Assembly: GCA_018985225.1 (NCBI GenBank)
Contig: JADGIF010000026.1
Span: 1,951-33,950, forward strand
DNA from: Amoeboradix gromovi X-113
Taxonomy: Eukaryota > Fungi > Sanchytriomycota
DNA: 32,000 nt
Direction of reading: 5' to 3'
A program made the translations under genes and the position numbers. Position 1 is the stretch's first letter, and each line of letters opens with the position of its first letter. A model generated the notes under the pieces. It was given only the letters and a program-made list of their open reading frames with translations. It was not told the DNA's origin and did no database searches. Shown in pieces: positions 31,535 through 32,000 of the stretch.

Positions 31535-31774
31535 TTACTTCTTGGTGTTGTCCATGCCAGTCAAGTAGCCTAGTAATCCCATTCCAGCGACAAGTGCAAC
31601 TTTCGGTCCATTGCTTAGGACTTTCCAAGGTTGATAATATTGATTCATCAACATATTTGCTGCACCGCCCGCTCCTAAGCCAAATATCCCATACGTCAAT
31701 CCCGTTGATTTGTCTCCATTTGCCAATCCTTTTTTAACTCTTTCGGTTGCTGGAACTGTAGCTTGTTCTCCCAT
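31535..31774 (-). CDS. Small membrane protein paralogous to the Rcf2 N-terminal half (Rcf3-like)
   Basis: GLTYGIFGLGAGGAAN...YYQPWKVLSNGPKVALV aligns with neighbouring GLRFGLIGLGLGLGGN...YSPAWKSISIGPKTFLI. ATG at 31774; AATAAA after the stop. Confidence 0.65.
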   Translation of the reverse strand: MGEQATVPATERVKKGLANGDKSTGLTYGIFGLGAGGAANMLMNQYYQPWKVLSNGPKVALVAGMGLLGYLTGMDNTKK

Positions 31775-32000
31775 TGTCACACTAAAAAGTTTAGCCAAAT
31801 AATTTAAAAATAGCAATGTGGCCCCAACTCTCAATCGATTCGCACACAAATTTTATACTTGGGACATCAAATATAAAAACTGGACTAACTTTCTGTAACA
31901 ACTTGGAACATTATTCAAGAGGCGAGTGGACATTCAGCTAGTTGCGGAGTTGACCAGTATAAAAGGAAAATAAATAACTTTTTGTATCGAAATTTCAAAA

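Noticed and set aside
1-32000. TAA/TAG-to-Gln reassignment as the cause of split ORFs
   Set aside because: Conserved proteins end at TAA/TAG at their natural termini. The splits involve frame changes fixed by introns.

Overview
Gene-dense, AT-rich eukaryotic nuclear DNA in the standard genetic code. It is probably from an early-diverging fungus or related opisthokont, inferred from CYFIP/WAVE, katanin and fungal-type Rcf2 occurring together. Host genes: EMC1-like, CYFIP/Sra1, SF3B1, an ARM/TPR protein, Vps55, delta-COP, RPB1 with a 20-heptad CTD, CTR9-like, TONSL-like, katanin p60, a Mon1/Fuzzy-like longin protein, Rcf2 and an Rcf3-like half-gene. Two things are not shown by the ORF track. 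(1) Four ultra-short spliceosomal introns of 19-20 nt with fixed geometry GTAYT...WTAAY-N-TAG; removing each restores an in-frame, family-consistent protein. (2) A family of small, internally deleted Fanzor2/TnpB-derived elements: four copies in 32 kb, one nested inside another. They share a left end preceded by YAG and a right end (GAGGAG) followed by a different putative guide in each copy. A fifth, more distant Fanzor relic carries one of the 19-nt introns inside its RuvC-III motif. Two unexplained, strongly base-paired intergenic segments are candidate ncRNAs. All protein assignments are from recalled motifs; no database search was run.
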